Source: Botryllus schlosseri
Taxonomy: Eukaryota
Assembly (NCBI GenBank): GCA_051294905.1
Contig: CM119386.1
Location: 9,114,001-9,178,000, forward strand
Length of the DNA: 64,000 bases
Direction of reading: 5' to 3'
Shown: one piece after another, positions 52,261-63,803 of the stretch
Position numbering within the stretch: position 1 is the stretch's first letter
Layout: every line of letters begins with the position of its first letter
Translations under genes and position numbers: made by a program
The notes under the pieces: model-generated
Seen by the model: only the letters and a program-made list of their open reading frames with translations
Told to the model about the DNA's origin: nothing
Database searches by the model: none

Positions 52261-54810
52261 GTAAGCAGTGGGTTCATTTGGATATTTTACTCTATTTTGG
52301 CGTATTTGCATTTGTCAACTATATATGCATATCGAGCTGAAAAATTGAGTCGGCGGGTTGTAAACTTTACTGTCCAATATACTGATACAGAACAATGAGT
52401 GCGTTTAAACTGTGGAATATGTAAATGAAATTGGAGGCTTTATAATACTCTGTCATGACTTGGTGTTGTGGCGTGCGAAAATTACCTGGCAAGGCCATCC
52501 TCGCTATCTGCGACGTCACTCGATTTCGTCGTGCAATTCTGCGCCATAATGATGCAGTGAGTTTAGTCACCCTTCGTAGGAACGGATGAAATTTGGAACG
52601 GCGTGACCGTGTGCTAATGTCTTCGTTGGTCAGTGGTCACCCTATGCGCGAGCGCTTAAAGCAGGGTATGGGTGCGTCACTCCTGCAGGGTTGTGTAGTG
52701 CGGGTATGTCAGTCATATGACCCGTGATGCAATGCTGAATAAAGAACAATATGCTGGTGTTAATCCAGTACATTTCTCTCAAAAGTCTAGTTTTGCAGTG
52801 AGAAATAGTCCCAAGTAATTAACCTAATTTAGGATAACACATGTGGAATATTGTCCAATTGTCCATATGACATATAACCGCCCGACAGGCAGGCACATAT
52901 ACACTGCATTCCACGAAGACCAAAAAGTGCTCACTCTAGTGCAGGGTTTCCAAGGCTATATGTCCAAATTCTATCCATCAAATATGGCAGGTGACAGTTG
53001 CGGTAAATCTAATTCATTCACACCTCCCATGAGTTGGCTCAATGCGGCGGTTCCATAACGTCTTTTTGCCGCGACCAAAAATCCTATCCGTGGAGACTCA
53101 CCTGGTGATGTAATAATAATGAACCAAATTCGAAGCGTGAGCTTCGTGACCGTTTACAGCTAGCTCCCGTGCATTCCTCACTACGCGTACGCAAAGGGGG
53201 TAGAGAAACATGGCAACTTATATGGTCGTGACCTTGGTTTTAGCGTTTATAACTGTGTTCAATCCGCCAATGACTATTGTTTTACCAATTCGAAGTTCAA
53301 ACTACGCGGTGTTGGTTCGAGTTAGGGTATCCAAGATACATATGCGAGTTCGCGAAAACTTGGCACAATTCGCGACCCTTCTTTCGTTAGACCGCGGTGG
53401 CTCAGTCTTCTTGGCGTTACGTCACCGCGATTGATTTTATGAACTCGCCAATGACTCGTATATCTGCGCAATATGCCCAACTGCGTGCAGCCCAGTAACC
53501 GGGTTAGCAGCTGATCAGAAATATTTGAGTCGAAAGTGCCGCGGCTATGCTTGAACTTTGCGGATCGTCGCTCACTGCGCGTGCACGGACGATTGTGATG
53601 AATGCGACAGCTTGATAGAGTTCTAGGCATTAGAAGCGTTACTTATCTCCGGCATGTTTACTGAGTGTCATAAGGGAGATTCTCGTAATTCGTTACTTAT
53701 TCTGGACGCGATATCTGATACCCTGGCGTCTAAGGCCTGCGGCTAGTTGATGCAGGCTTAGGTGATAGCAATACCGATTTCGGTGCATATATTCTTGTAT
53801 ATGCGGGATACGCAATGCAGAAGCAAACACCTGACGAGGTCTGAAGGTGCGCTTGTCGCATTTATAAATCCGGTTTACGTGACGTCACTGCTTGGCCAGT
53901 GCAATATTGAGCAATTCCTATTATATTTTTGGATGTCACGCATGACTTGCACTACGAAACCTTTACGCCTGTATTCGGTGTTCCTTCTGCACCGTGTAGC
54001 GTTGTCGCTGTTGCACTAGCGCGCATCTTAGCTGCTAAATAATGCAAATCTTTATTCGTGGGGATAGGTCTAGTGACAGTGGCTATGCAATAGTGTGGAA
54101 ATGTGCAGGGACGCAGCACTGCCTGGCCATCAAAAGAAGTGGTTAGTAACGGAGTACTCCAGTAAGTTTTGCCTATTTCCACTACTTAGTGACTACTGCT
54201 TTTCATGTCTACTTTTCATTTATTAAGTAAATCTAGACCTGGCATACCTAATTTTTATCTTGTAAATCGTTAGTTTAACTTGTACTTCAGCAGCATCAGA
54301 AATTTTTAACTTACAGACTACAAGAGTACTAACGACGATTAATTTGACCACCTCTGGTCATCAATCGGGAGGTTACAGTCTCGCAGATAATAAAAGAACT
54401 GTTCCAAATGTATTTTCGAACGCAAGCACACTCAGTGTGCTATCGATTCAGTGGCCTTCGTGTAAACTCGCCCCTGGCCCCTGGTCGAGGGTCCTAGGAG
54501 ATCAATATAAGCAGGCCATTACGTTTACCCATAAAATTGGAAAGGAATCACGTGTAGTAAAGTTGTGTCACGTAATGATGTGCCGTGTAAGCACACTCCG
54601 TGAGAAGTGCAATCCCAAACCGATCCAAAACAACAAAAATAGACGCGCTGCTCTAAATACATTCGCGGAACGGAACATAACTAATTGCCGCACGCATGAC
54701 TGAAGATCCGATATCCACCCATTGGGCAGTTGACAGCTTCGCTGGCCGTATCATTCGGCTTCCGTTACTATTGATTTGAACTAATAGAGCAAAAATCTCT
54801 TTTCTCCCAG

Positions 54811-54893
54811 GTACTTGCAAGCTTGCGGCGGATCAGAAACGACTTCATTAACCTCACGAACATTGGTAATTCGATAAACGTCAATAACACGAG
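54811..54893 (+). CDS. PDE4: PDE4 UCR1 final exon (VLASLRRIRNDFINLTNIGNSINVNNT)
   Basis: tttctcccag|GTA CTT GCA ... ACG AG|gtacgg, phase 0 to 2. Matches vertebrate VLASLRxVRNNF. Confidence 0.93.
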
Positions 54894-54937
54894 GTACGGG
54901 AATGCTGCGTTTAGATAAATTATTGTCTGTGATTTAT

Positions 54938-54988
54938 AGCGGTGGTTCTCAGCCTTTTACCTACGAAATTCAGTTTAGAACCATCGCT
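54938..54988. repeat. 51-bp hairpin relic of a hAT element inside the 160-bp intron before the LR1 exon
   Basis: AGCGGTGGTTCT ... AGAACCATCGCT, an 11/12 inverted match resembling the CAGTGGTTCTCAACC TIR. Confidence 0.55.
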
Positions 54989-55053
54989 TGTATGAGTTGA
55001 TAATATGGTCCCTGTTGAATGCATCGTCAGTACATCCTAACCTTTGCTTACAG

Positions 55054-55139
55054 GCGCTCCCCTATCTCCACCACGCCGCGAGTAGGCAGTCCGACAGTCT
55101 CCGCAAGCGGGCAGCAATCACCGGGCCATCCGAGTTATG
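55054..55139 (+). CDS. PDE4: PDE4 linker region 1 (LR1) exon (RSPISTTPRVGSPTVSASGQQSPGHPSY)
   Basis: ctttgcttacag|G CGC TCC CCT ... TAT G|gtacgt, phase 2 to 1, bridging its neighbours exactly. Starts RSP like the vertebrate PDE4D LR1 exon. Confidence 0.86.
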
Positions 55140-56784
55140 GTACGTCACGAATTTATTGTCGCGCGGTGTCGCCAGAAACGTGCGCGTATTCGCTCGCGTC
55201 GCAGGCGTCTCTCACGTCTGCTTCTCTCGTGTGATAATCCGGATAGCTCGCTGATGCGCTTGCGCCAAACTGGTAGTCCCGCGTTCCGAACTTGTATTCA
55301 ATGATGTTGATTCCGCCCGGTTATATTTGTGTGTGTGCCTATGTATTTTGGGTACGGGACTCTGGAAAGGTACTAATTTTGGGGCGTGCGCCGGACACAC
55401 GGCAGCAGTCGGTCTATTTTTGTGACAGTGTGCCTAAACTTAGCAAAACGAATTCGCCTTCCTAAACGTGACGCGGGTTCATAGAAATCCGTGTTCTTGT
55501 TGAATTTATTATTCGGTCCCTTCATTGCTTCTCGGACGCGTATTATGGTTGAACTGCTTGCCGGTTTAGGCAATGTTTCTCTCTCCCAATGCGAACCAAT
55601 TTGGGTATCCGAATTTCCGTATATCTTCTGATATGCGCACGTAAAGACTAATAGTTGGACTTGAAAGGATATAATCGAAGTTAATATGCGCCCTGCCTCG
55701 TTCGTGCAAGTTTCATTGGAATTTGTTCAGTCCGAATTAAGTTTAGTTCTAAACACTCGCAAAATTTCGGTAAAATCGAAAGATATATAGGAATGGAAAC
55801 GACTTGTGTTACTCTTTCAATCAGACAAACGCACATTGTCCTGAAACACGTAAGAGTGAGACGGTAATGCCGGTTTCAATGGAATAGCTGCTGATTGCGA
55901 TTATAAATAACTCGGCTTTATGCCGACGCTGACATCATTTCTCAACTTCTTCCGATTCCCGGGAGCCCTGCGCTTTGGTCTGCTTCCTGTTATTGTTGAC
56001 GAATGTTATGTAACATGCGCGTTTTAATAATTGATTTGATGGGGATTAATGGCCTTTCTAGCTCGCGCAGTCTGCAGAGTCGTTGCTTTCTAAAACTGGC
56101 CTCATATCTGGGGACGTTTTTGCAACGGAGTCATTGCACAATAGACACACAGATCATCTAGCTCTATTAGCGGAGATTGCATTAACTTGACTATGAATTG
56201 TATACACGAACTTGGAAGCGTATAGTAGCGTCCAGCGTATATTTTCAACGTATAAACAGTGATGTTAGGGGTACTTATCCTGACGGCGAGACAGTTCTAC
56301 TTATACATTGGCCCGGAAGCGTCGCAGCTAATGCGTACAAATATAGCTTGCTGATGGCGGTCCTGATTTAGTCGCGGTAACTATATCAAGTGTGCTGCGT
56401 CATCTTTATAATGATCAGTGTCAGTAATCGAATGTGTAACTAGAAATGGAAGTGCCAAGGCAGCCCATTCGGAATATACAACGTGTGTCCAAGTACATGG
56501 TGTTGACACTACACCTTCCGGCTTCCGCACAAACTCGTATCACTGATGAAATGCATCTAATAAATGTTCCATATCCGAATTCGTGTTCATTTAAATTCCC
56601 GTATTGTGTTGCCTTGCATGCACCGGTTGTGTCACTTTTGTTGAATTGTTTATGCAGCGTCGCTATTGGGTTCGAAGTTATATAATATCTCGCTGTGGCA
56701 TTGGTACGTCACTGTGCGTTGGTCTTGCCTTCGGTTCGTTGGGGTTTACTATGTTTAGTGACGTGTTGATGCCTTTTACGTAAA

Positions 56785-56800
56785 GGCACCCCCTGGCTGT
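56785..56800 (-). promoter_or_regulatory. CTCF-like motif (reverse strand ACAGCCAGGGGGTGCC)
   Basis: Motif match only. Confidence 0.28.
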
Positions 56801-57593
56801 GTGGCGTGTTTTGTAACGTATAACATTAGCCTTGTAGGTATGTGGCATGGCGCACGCAACAATTGGTTAATAATAGTAACGCTTATTGCCCAACGTCGCG
56901 TCGCCCTTGACAAGTTCAATGGGCGAAGAATTTCCAGCCGACAATTTCACCTTTTTAGACTGCCTTTGTGCCTTTGTGTGTTTCGGCATAGTGCGGCTAA
57001 ATTAGTATACAATGCCTGCGTCGTGTGCGGCTAGTAATCATCAGAAAAAGGTCGTTCATCCGCGGTTTGTACCGTAGTAGGCGTGATCGCACGGAAATGG
57101 GCTGAGCCTGAATTTACGCTGATCTGTGGCTACAGTCGCTATACGCGGTTACTAATTCGTATTTTACGCTGCAGTATCATCATGAAATGATACCGAACTT
57201 CGAAAACCGACCCAGCCCTTGGTGCAGAGTGTGAAGAATTGATATGGGCGTTCCAAACTCACGCCGTTTATTGAAAGCATTTAGCAATGCGACATCACAC
57301 GTTGGTATCGCCGAACTTGGAACACGTGAATGGCTGTTCGAAACCTGAATATTGGTTGTAGAACTACATTCACTGCAATATCGTCTATCAACTCGAAGAC
57401 TTTTCGTGTCCACTCTGCGTCTTGTCAAGGGTAACCTCATAATCATTCAAATTAAAATAAATTTGTAAAATAGGAAGTGACGATGTAATTTTAAAAGTAA
57501 CTCAAGAGTTTAATACTGCCAGTCGCCTATTCGAGAAGAAAAACTGGAAAACTTGTAATATTTTCGAGAAATTGTCGCTTTTAGCGCCGCTCA

Positions 57594-57788
57594 GGGGCGT
57601 GGCCAGAATGAAAAGTGGTTGCGACCGAAATATTTTTTTGAGAAAGAACTGACGTCATAAGGACATTGTTACATGCGGAATTTGAGGACAAGATCGCATT
57701 GTGCGCAAAACGTAGTCTGTGACCTATTACGTCGCGGACTTGGATCTCTCCATTGTCTCGCATTGACGTCAGTTCGTCTGTGACGTCA
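57594..57788 (+). promoter_or_regulatory. Putative intronic short-form PDE4 promoter: GC-box plus three CREs
   Basis: GGGGCGTGGC at 57594-57603; TGACGTCA at 57650, 57764 and 57781. The last CRE ends 85 bp before the UCR2 acceptor. Confidence 0.65.
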
Positions 57789-57873
57789 TCGAATCGGTCA
57801 AGACCGAAAGCTCATTCCGCTGGCGCAACGGGATTTGTGTCGACATTAGGGCAATATTGTTATTTCCTCGCAG

Positions 57874-57989
57874 GCACGGAAGACTTCAAGAAGCAGTCCC
57901 TGGACACCCTGGACGAGTTAGATTGGTGCCTGGACCAGCTGGAGAAAGTTCAAACGCACCGATCGGTCAGCGAAATGGCTTCCAATAAG
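57874..57989 (+). CDS. PDE4: PDE4 UCR2 N-terminal exon
   Basis: atttcctcgcag|GC ACG GAA ... AAT AAG|gtgcgc, phase 1 to 0. Contains [27 protein letters not shown]. Confidence 0.97.
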
Positions 57990-59022
57990 GTGCGCTCGGT
58001 TCATGCTCCGGTATTTGCTACGCGTATTAGATAAGAGGCATTAATGGCCTAATTATAACTTGGGCTAAACGGCGGAGTTATCATTGTTATTATTGGAGGA
58101 CAAAGAATTCCCCGCGGACTATTTCGGCTACGCTAAGTCCTTGTAGGGACTATTGCCGATAATACCGGATGAAAGTTTATTTCAGGGATAAGTGTGGTTG
58201 CAAAGTCGCATGGCAACATGAGAAAATATTCGACTGAACAACGTTCCGCGCGAATTTGAAAATTCAAATGAGATTTATCTGTATATTGCCGCGTTTCGAT
58301 ATCTCTGCATGGCATATCGAGATATGCGTTCCAGGTAAATTATACTTCGGATAAGCAACGCGAGTATTCCTGCATCAAACGATAGACGCGCAGATACGAC
58401 GAGATGGGCCGCGATAACTCGCCGAGTGCTATTCCACGTACGCGGGACTTGAAATATTTATATTCAGCACATGCGCGTGACGTGATGACATGTGGAAATA
58501 TAGGGCGTCGAAGACGTAAACACGATCAACGTAAACACGAAAAACGCAAGCTTAACTAATCGCGAATCAAATCGAAAGGTTTTGGCAGAATACGCAGAAA
58601 TCGTAAGATCCCCTTACTCTGAAGTGTAAATGATTTGTCAAGATAGACATCTCAACGCCGGTGTACCACACCTATACTGAAAGTGGTGAATTCGGCAAAA
58701 ATACTGCTTTCCCATCATCGCTATGAGTGTAGTTCCAATAGTAGCGTGTGGACATCGCAGAACAAAAGAACCTACAACAATCCTGACCTCGATGTTTCGT
58801 ATTTCGGCATTGTCCGCTACCAGGTGGTCTTGCCCGATGTTTTGCAAACGCGGTGTCGTTTATGGCGCGGCGGTTTAATGCGTTGTTTTCTTACGCGGAC
58901 TTTTGCGACTTGTTTGTATTTTCGCCGCATTCCGTCTTTACCACAGAATTCCTTAGTTTTGCAAGATCTCGGGTTTTGCGTTGACGTTTTGACACCGGGA
59001 ATGGTTGATCAAGATCATTAGC

Positions 59023-59255
59023 GGGGCTGTGCAATATCGAGTACCTGAGTGATTCGATTCGAAATCAAGTATTGAGCTTCGTGTCGGATAGCGTATTGCG
59101 CTCGTCGTCACGTCATAGCAGTATGAATAAGGTGGAAAGTGATGTACCTTCCATGCGACCTCCAAAGAAAATGAGTCAGTTCTACACCACATTAAAGATA
59201 ATTGGGTATATTTTCGACCATACCTATTTCATTGCAATTTGTGGCAATGCTGTTG
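59023..59255 (+). mobile_element. hAT MITE family 1, diverged partial copy
   Basis: ggggctgtgcaatatcgagtacctgagtgattcgattc... collinear with the 23334 copy for about 230 bp. Confidence 0.7.
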
Positions 59256-61131
59256 ATTGATCATCACTGCATAAGGCGTATATTTACTCGGAAAAATATA
59301 CTCTAAAATAATTTAGAGTCTAAATACTCAAGTTGCATTATTACGGTTTATAGATACTAGACTAGCCCTATTAGTTATATGCGGAAAAGCGGAATTTTCT
59401 GCTGTTCATAGATCGAAAATAGATTGAAATTGACGAAATACGCCCGCTCTGACGGAGATCGTATGGCTAGTTCGTTCTGAATTATTCATCTTGGCTATTT
59501 CCAGTTGTTTTCTTGTCAGCTGTATAATCGAATTTCAATCGCTTGGCGATCATGTTGTGACGTAACAATGACACTGCTATTTCAGATAACGTCTCGCTCA
59601 CTATCGCCCCAAATAATATTTTCGCTTTTCATCTGAATGAGTGTAGATAAGAGTAAATGTATATCGTTTGCCGCGATTCTGAAAATTGAGGTATTGTGAA
59701 TTCGTTGGCAATAGTCTAGCGGTTGACCGCGAGAGGTCAGCAGAATCGTTGATTGGCGGGACATTTCATCATAGTATCATTTGCGAAAGTTTGTTACGAA
59801 CTCCCCTTTGTCACTTCAACGCGTCCGTGCGCTGAGCAATTCTTGCCGCGCAGAACAGTCGCTTGTTTGTGCTGGACAATCGTGGCGTGAGTTGTTGCAA
59901 AATATGCGCGGCGATTTGTTGTGGCACCCCCGGGTGTCCCGATGGCCTGTGAATGGCCGCTTCTGGCATCGGGCATGAGGGATTATATAATTTTTCTCTC
60001 CATGCTGTGAGCACACAAGGACACTTGTAACGTTTACTATTGAACTAGCATGCGAGCAACACTGTCACACGGCTACAAGTTCAGGAGCCGAAAGAAATAA
60101 TATCGACCCGTGTAAAATGAACACTGTTATCGAAACACTAAAACGACAATACCAGTCAACGAAAGGTCGGCACTATAGGGAAAGAGAAACGTTCAGCAGG
60201 TCACAAACGTTACGCTTAACGCCGGTACATTTCGGTGGATGATCCATCAGCACAAAAAGGAATTCGACGCTACTGTTTCGTTTGAATCCTGTGCTAAATT
60301 CCAACGAAATATACAACAATCCGGACTGCAGCTCCAATACGGAATACAAGAATCCGAACTACAGTTCAACGTCAGGTTGCAGAAAAATTCTGAAAAGTTC
60401 TTCTTCCGCGAAGTTGTCTTTCTCCCGCATGTGATTGGCTGGTGACTCGGTGTGACGCCTACCACTTCCTTGTTACGTTGTCATACTTGAACGTTCTCTG
60501 CGAAGAGGAAATTGACTGCAAAGTTGGTATGTGCTGCATTGCCGCACACTCTCAGGCGATATGGCTTCGCAGTCAAGTCGAGACCGTGTAGATAGATGCT
60601 CCGTCACCTTACACTGAATAAGGTATATACAGCGCTTTCATTATCTTTCCAATGGGTGAAAATGAGTCAAATGCACCATTTCTTGTGGAGATATCCTGGA
60701 AGGTGTAGTGTGTTCTATGTTGGTGTACCACCCAAAACTCCCAGAAGGTAGTACACGTTAACATAAGCCGCTACACCCCTGGGACATGTCTCTATAAGCA
60801 TTGGTGTTTTTCACTCTCATTTTTACCCGTGAAAGCACAATTTCGTGCATGAAAGGGTTGTATGCTTGATTTACGTCCCATGCTATGGTGGAAATCTGAA
60901 AAATACGTATTTTGTACCCATGGATTTTCAGTGTATTCTGCCATTCATGCTTTAGAAATTTGTATCTTATGTTAGGTTGACCTATCATTTTTGCCGTGTT
61001 GTTATCAATGAATGCTGGGATGACCAATGGATAAATCCTATATCTATAATAAGCAAACGAGCTGGACTGTCGCGTGATACCATCCGAATGTTCGTGACCA
61101 CAACTGCTAAATGACAAAGTAGCCCAACTTT

Positions 61132-61495
61132 GATCACGTGACGTGGCTTGAATGCGTGGTGTGTTGACGCCGATCGTAGGCGTGTCTGGGTATCTTCTTA
61201 CCAGGGCGAAATAGGGTGTAGCATCCCGGGCTGTGACGTCAAATGACTCGAGGATTGATGTGATTTTGGAATCGTTACATCGTCTGTCGTTATATCTCTC
61301 GGACGTTATTTGCCGACGTTCTCGTTATTGTCTGTTAAGTAAATTTGCACACTCGCGTAACTACCCAGTTTACGACGGCCAAGAACAAGTTAATCGCCCT
61401 TGCGAAGTTTCGTGTCACTAGTCGCGCTAGATTTTGCGGGATCTTTTGTCACCTGAGTCAACCTGCGCGCGAGTTAATCCCGGTCGGTGACGTCA
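61132..61495 (+). promoter_or_regulatory. Putative super-short-form promoter/enhancer (bZIP/bHLH site cluster)
   Basis: CACGTG 61135 overlapping TGACGTGG 61139, CRE at 61234, AP-1 TGAGTCA at 61454, CRE at 61488, in a CpG-rich stretch. Confidence 0.45.
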
Positions 61496-61569
61496 ATCGG
61501 ACGCGGCCCAACGAGAAATTACACCCGTAACGAGCTGGGACAGGGTGTGACTGTGTTTGCGTTTGGTGC

Positions 61570-61659
61570 ATGGAGTTGCCCGTTTTATGTCAAAACGACT
61601 GCCAGCGGCTGTGTTTGCGTTGCGTCCCGTGGCGTAATTATACTGCCGCTGTCGCGGAG
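61570..61659 (+). CDS. Candidate super-short-isoform first exon (MELPVLCQNDCQRLCLRCVPWRNYTAAVAE)
   Basis: ATG plus exactly 30 codons ending GAG|gtattg (phase 0, as needed to join the downstream FKRML exon). ATG lies 75 bp after a CRE. The donor hexamer is the same as exon C's. Confidence 0.33.
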
Positions 61660-63737
61660 GTATTGCCGTATCTGTCTTGGAACCAGAGGTGGTCACGAAG
61701 CCAAGTTCTTCAACTTTGCCTACTTTCAACACTAACTCGGCTATTATGTGATGGTCACTTCCACTTCTGCGTAAAAAGTGCGTTTTACTATTTGAATTTT
61801 GAAAGAAATGGGGTAGATTTTACTTTACTTTAGATTTGTTGTCATTCTTTTTGGAGTGAAATTTGTCATACAAACCGTGCGGAATAGCCCCCGTATCACG
61901 TTAACTAAACATATATTTGAAGTTTGCGTCTATTTGTATTGTCAGTAGTCGTTTTGCATCAGTCATGGATATCCATCTTGCAATCTCAGAAATAGGCTCC
62001 TCGACCGAATCTTCTATTTAAGACTTCTTGTGAGTACTGAGTAAGTGTCAGACCGTTGGCTATCTACTTCCGCTGGCAATAGTTTTCATGTCTTGGAATC
62101 GCTACTTCTGCCTTCGATTGAGTAGGAATTTACGGCGATGCTTGAAATTGTTACGTGTCTTTGGCCTTCCGTGGTTGAGTGGATTTCTTACTCGACATGA
62201 AGTCACGTGATGTGCTTTCTTGATGAATCGGATTGTGGTGATGACTTGTTGTAAATTGGGATTCGCAAGCGGTCGTCTGTTCAAAAGTCTAGCTAGACGA
62301 CGGTAGACTACACTCATTCGTCCTCTGTGCGATCAGCTGTCGTGCGGCTGAAGTCCGATTTTGGCTTTTTGTGCCCGCAAGCTATTGCATCGCGACGGTG
62401 AGAAATGACTCGATTCCGTACATGTTGTATCACGCGCTTGTCTTTATACTAGTCGTGTTGATTTGCTTTCGACAATCCTATATCGAACCCTTGCGGTATT
62501 AGACTCCTTGCCGGAAAACACTCGTAGTAATCGAGAGTCACCGGACTGTACAACTGGCTATGATGCAGCTTTTTGCAATCCACGAAACCAGCCCGAAAAT
62601 ACATGTATTTTATTATCAAGGCGAGATCTGTCACTTTGAATGGAAGCGATCCGCCATTTCTGACGCAAATTCGTGAATATTATATAAATGACACCGGCGT
62701 GCTCGCGGAAATACGATTTCTACCTCCGTAGGTAGCAATTTCCTTTGAAAAGCGCATTATAGAACGTTCCCATTCTCCCCAATCCTGTCTTGCCATTGAT
62801 CTTGGCGTTTTGATGCTAAGTTGGGAGCAACCTTTTCCGCGGCGACCGTGATAGCGATCAAATTGGCGTGAAACAACGAACAAACTCCATGCTATTAAAC
62901 GTTTAATTACCTTTTCTATAACCTACAACAAACACACACGGCGAAACCTTGTGAGAAACGGCCGCACGCTTCCAGTTTTAATGGTCGGTGGCATGTATTC
63001 TGTGTTGACAGGCGCATTCCGCGGACTTTTTGTGATTTTTTTCAACTGGGATTCCGCAATCGTGCGCCTTCCGATTACTACACAGCCTTGGCGTAGAAAT
63101 CCTTCATTGTTATAGTATACGTGTCGGTTTAATGCGCTGTCAAATGCCCCAGAAATACGAACAACTTTGCCCATGTTTGTACATCGTGCTGAGGTTAAAT
63201 TTCTAGATGTGGACTGAGGCGAACGATAAAGAATTTTCATCGTGAAATAAAAGTAACTACAACATACAATTATAGCTTCAAAAGAATAGACGAACTAGCA
63301 GTTTCGTGCCCCGCATGGTATTCGGTAGCGTATGACTCCCGCATGAATTCGAACATACGTAGCTCATAATGATATGGGCTGATACATGTGATGCGTACAA
63401 TAATTATTGGCCTCACAGATCCATACCATATTTCGTTGTTTATACCGTAGAAAAACCGCGCATGGATTTGTCCATGTACCCTTACATTAATCGGAACGTT
63501 AATTATACCGTGTCGCCCACAAATACATTCCTTCGTAAGAGCGATACATCAAAATGTATACGCACATTGAGAAACGTATTTAAACCACAGCAATGGCAAC
63601 TTGTAGGTTTTCCGGTCGTGTTTATATATACAGCATTGGAAGATATGTCTCCGAGTATTTATACATGGACATTATCTACTAGTGTGCATGTCAATTGTCA
63701 ACCTCGCTATATCCGGTTAGCTTCCAGTATCCAGCTT

Positions 63738-63803
63738 CGTATCAGCAAACACCTACCACCACGATAGCGACGTATCAGCAAACACCTACCACCACGATAG
63801 CGA
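63738..63803. repeat. Perfect 33-bp tandem duplication
   Basis: CGTATCAGCAAACACCTACCACCACGATAGCGA x2. Confidence 0.92.

Larger units (their letters stand above)
8376..57989 (+). other. PDE4: cAMP-specific 3',5'-cyclic phosphodiesterase 4 gene, 5' part (multi-promoter; continues past window end)
   Basis: Exons with canonical AG/GT boundaries and phases 2-2-0-2-1-0 join into FDENG...NRRESFLYRTDAD...HGGEDLIVTPYAQ/VLASLRRIRNDF...RSP.../[38 protein letters not shown], the hallmark PDE4 UCR1-LR1-UCR2 sequence. The next expected exon (FKRMLNREL) was not found before 64000. Confidence 0.97.

Noticed and set aside
57723-57873. Open frame extending upstream of the UCR2 exon (as in PDE4D1/B2 extended exons)
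   Set aside because: There is no ATG in the extension (the track uses TTG), so a D1/B2-like N-terminus is unsupported; initiation at MASNK is more plausible.
60596-60622. Nine-codon phase-0 exon candidate MLRHLTLNK|gtatat
   Set aside because: Too short, with a weak donor and an out-of-frame upstream ATG; no other support.
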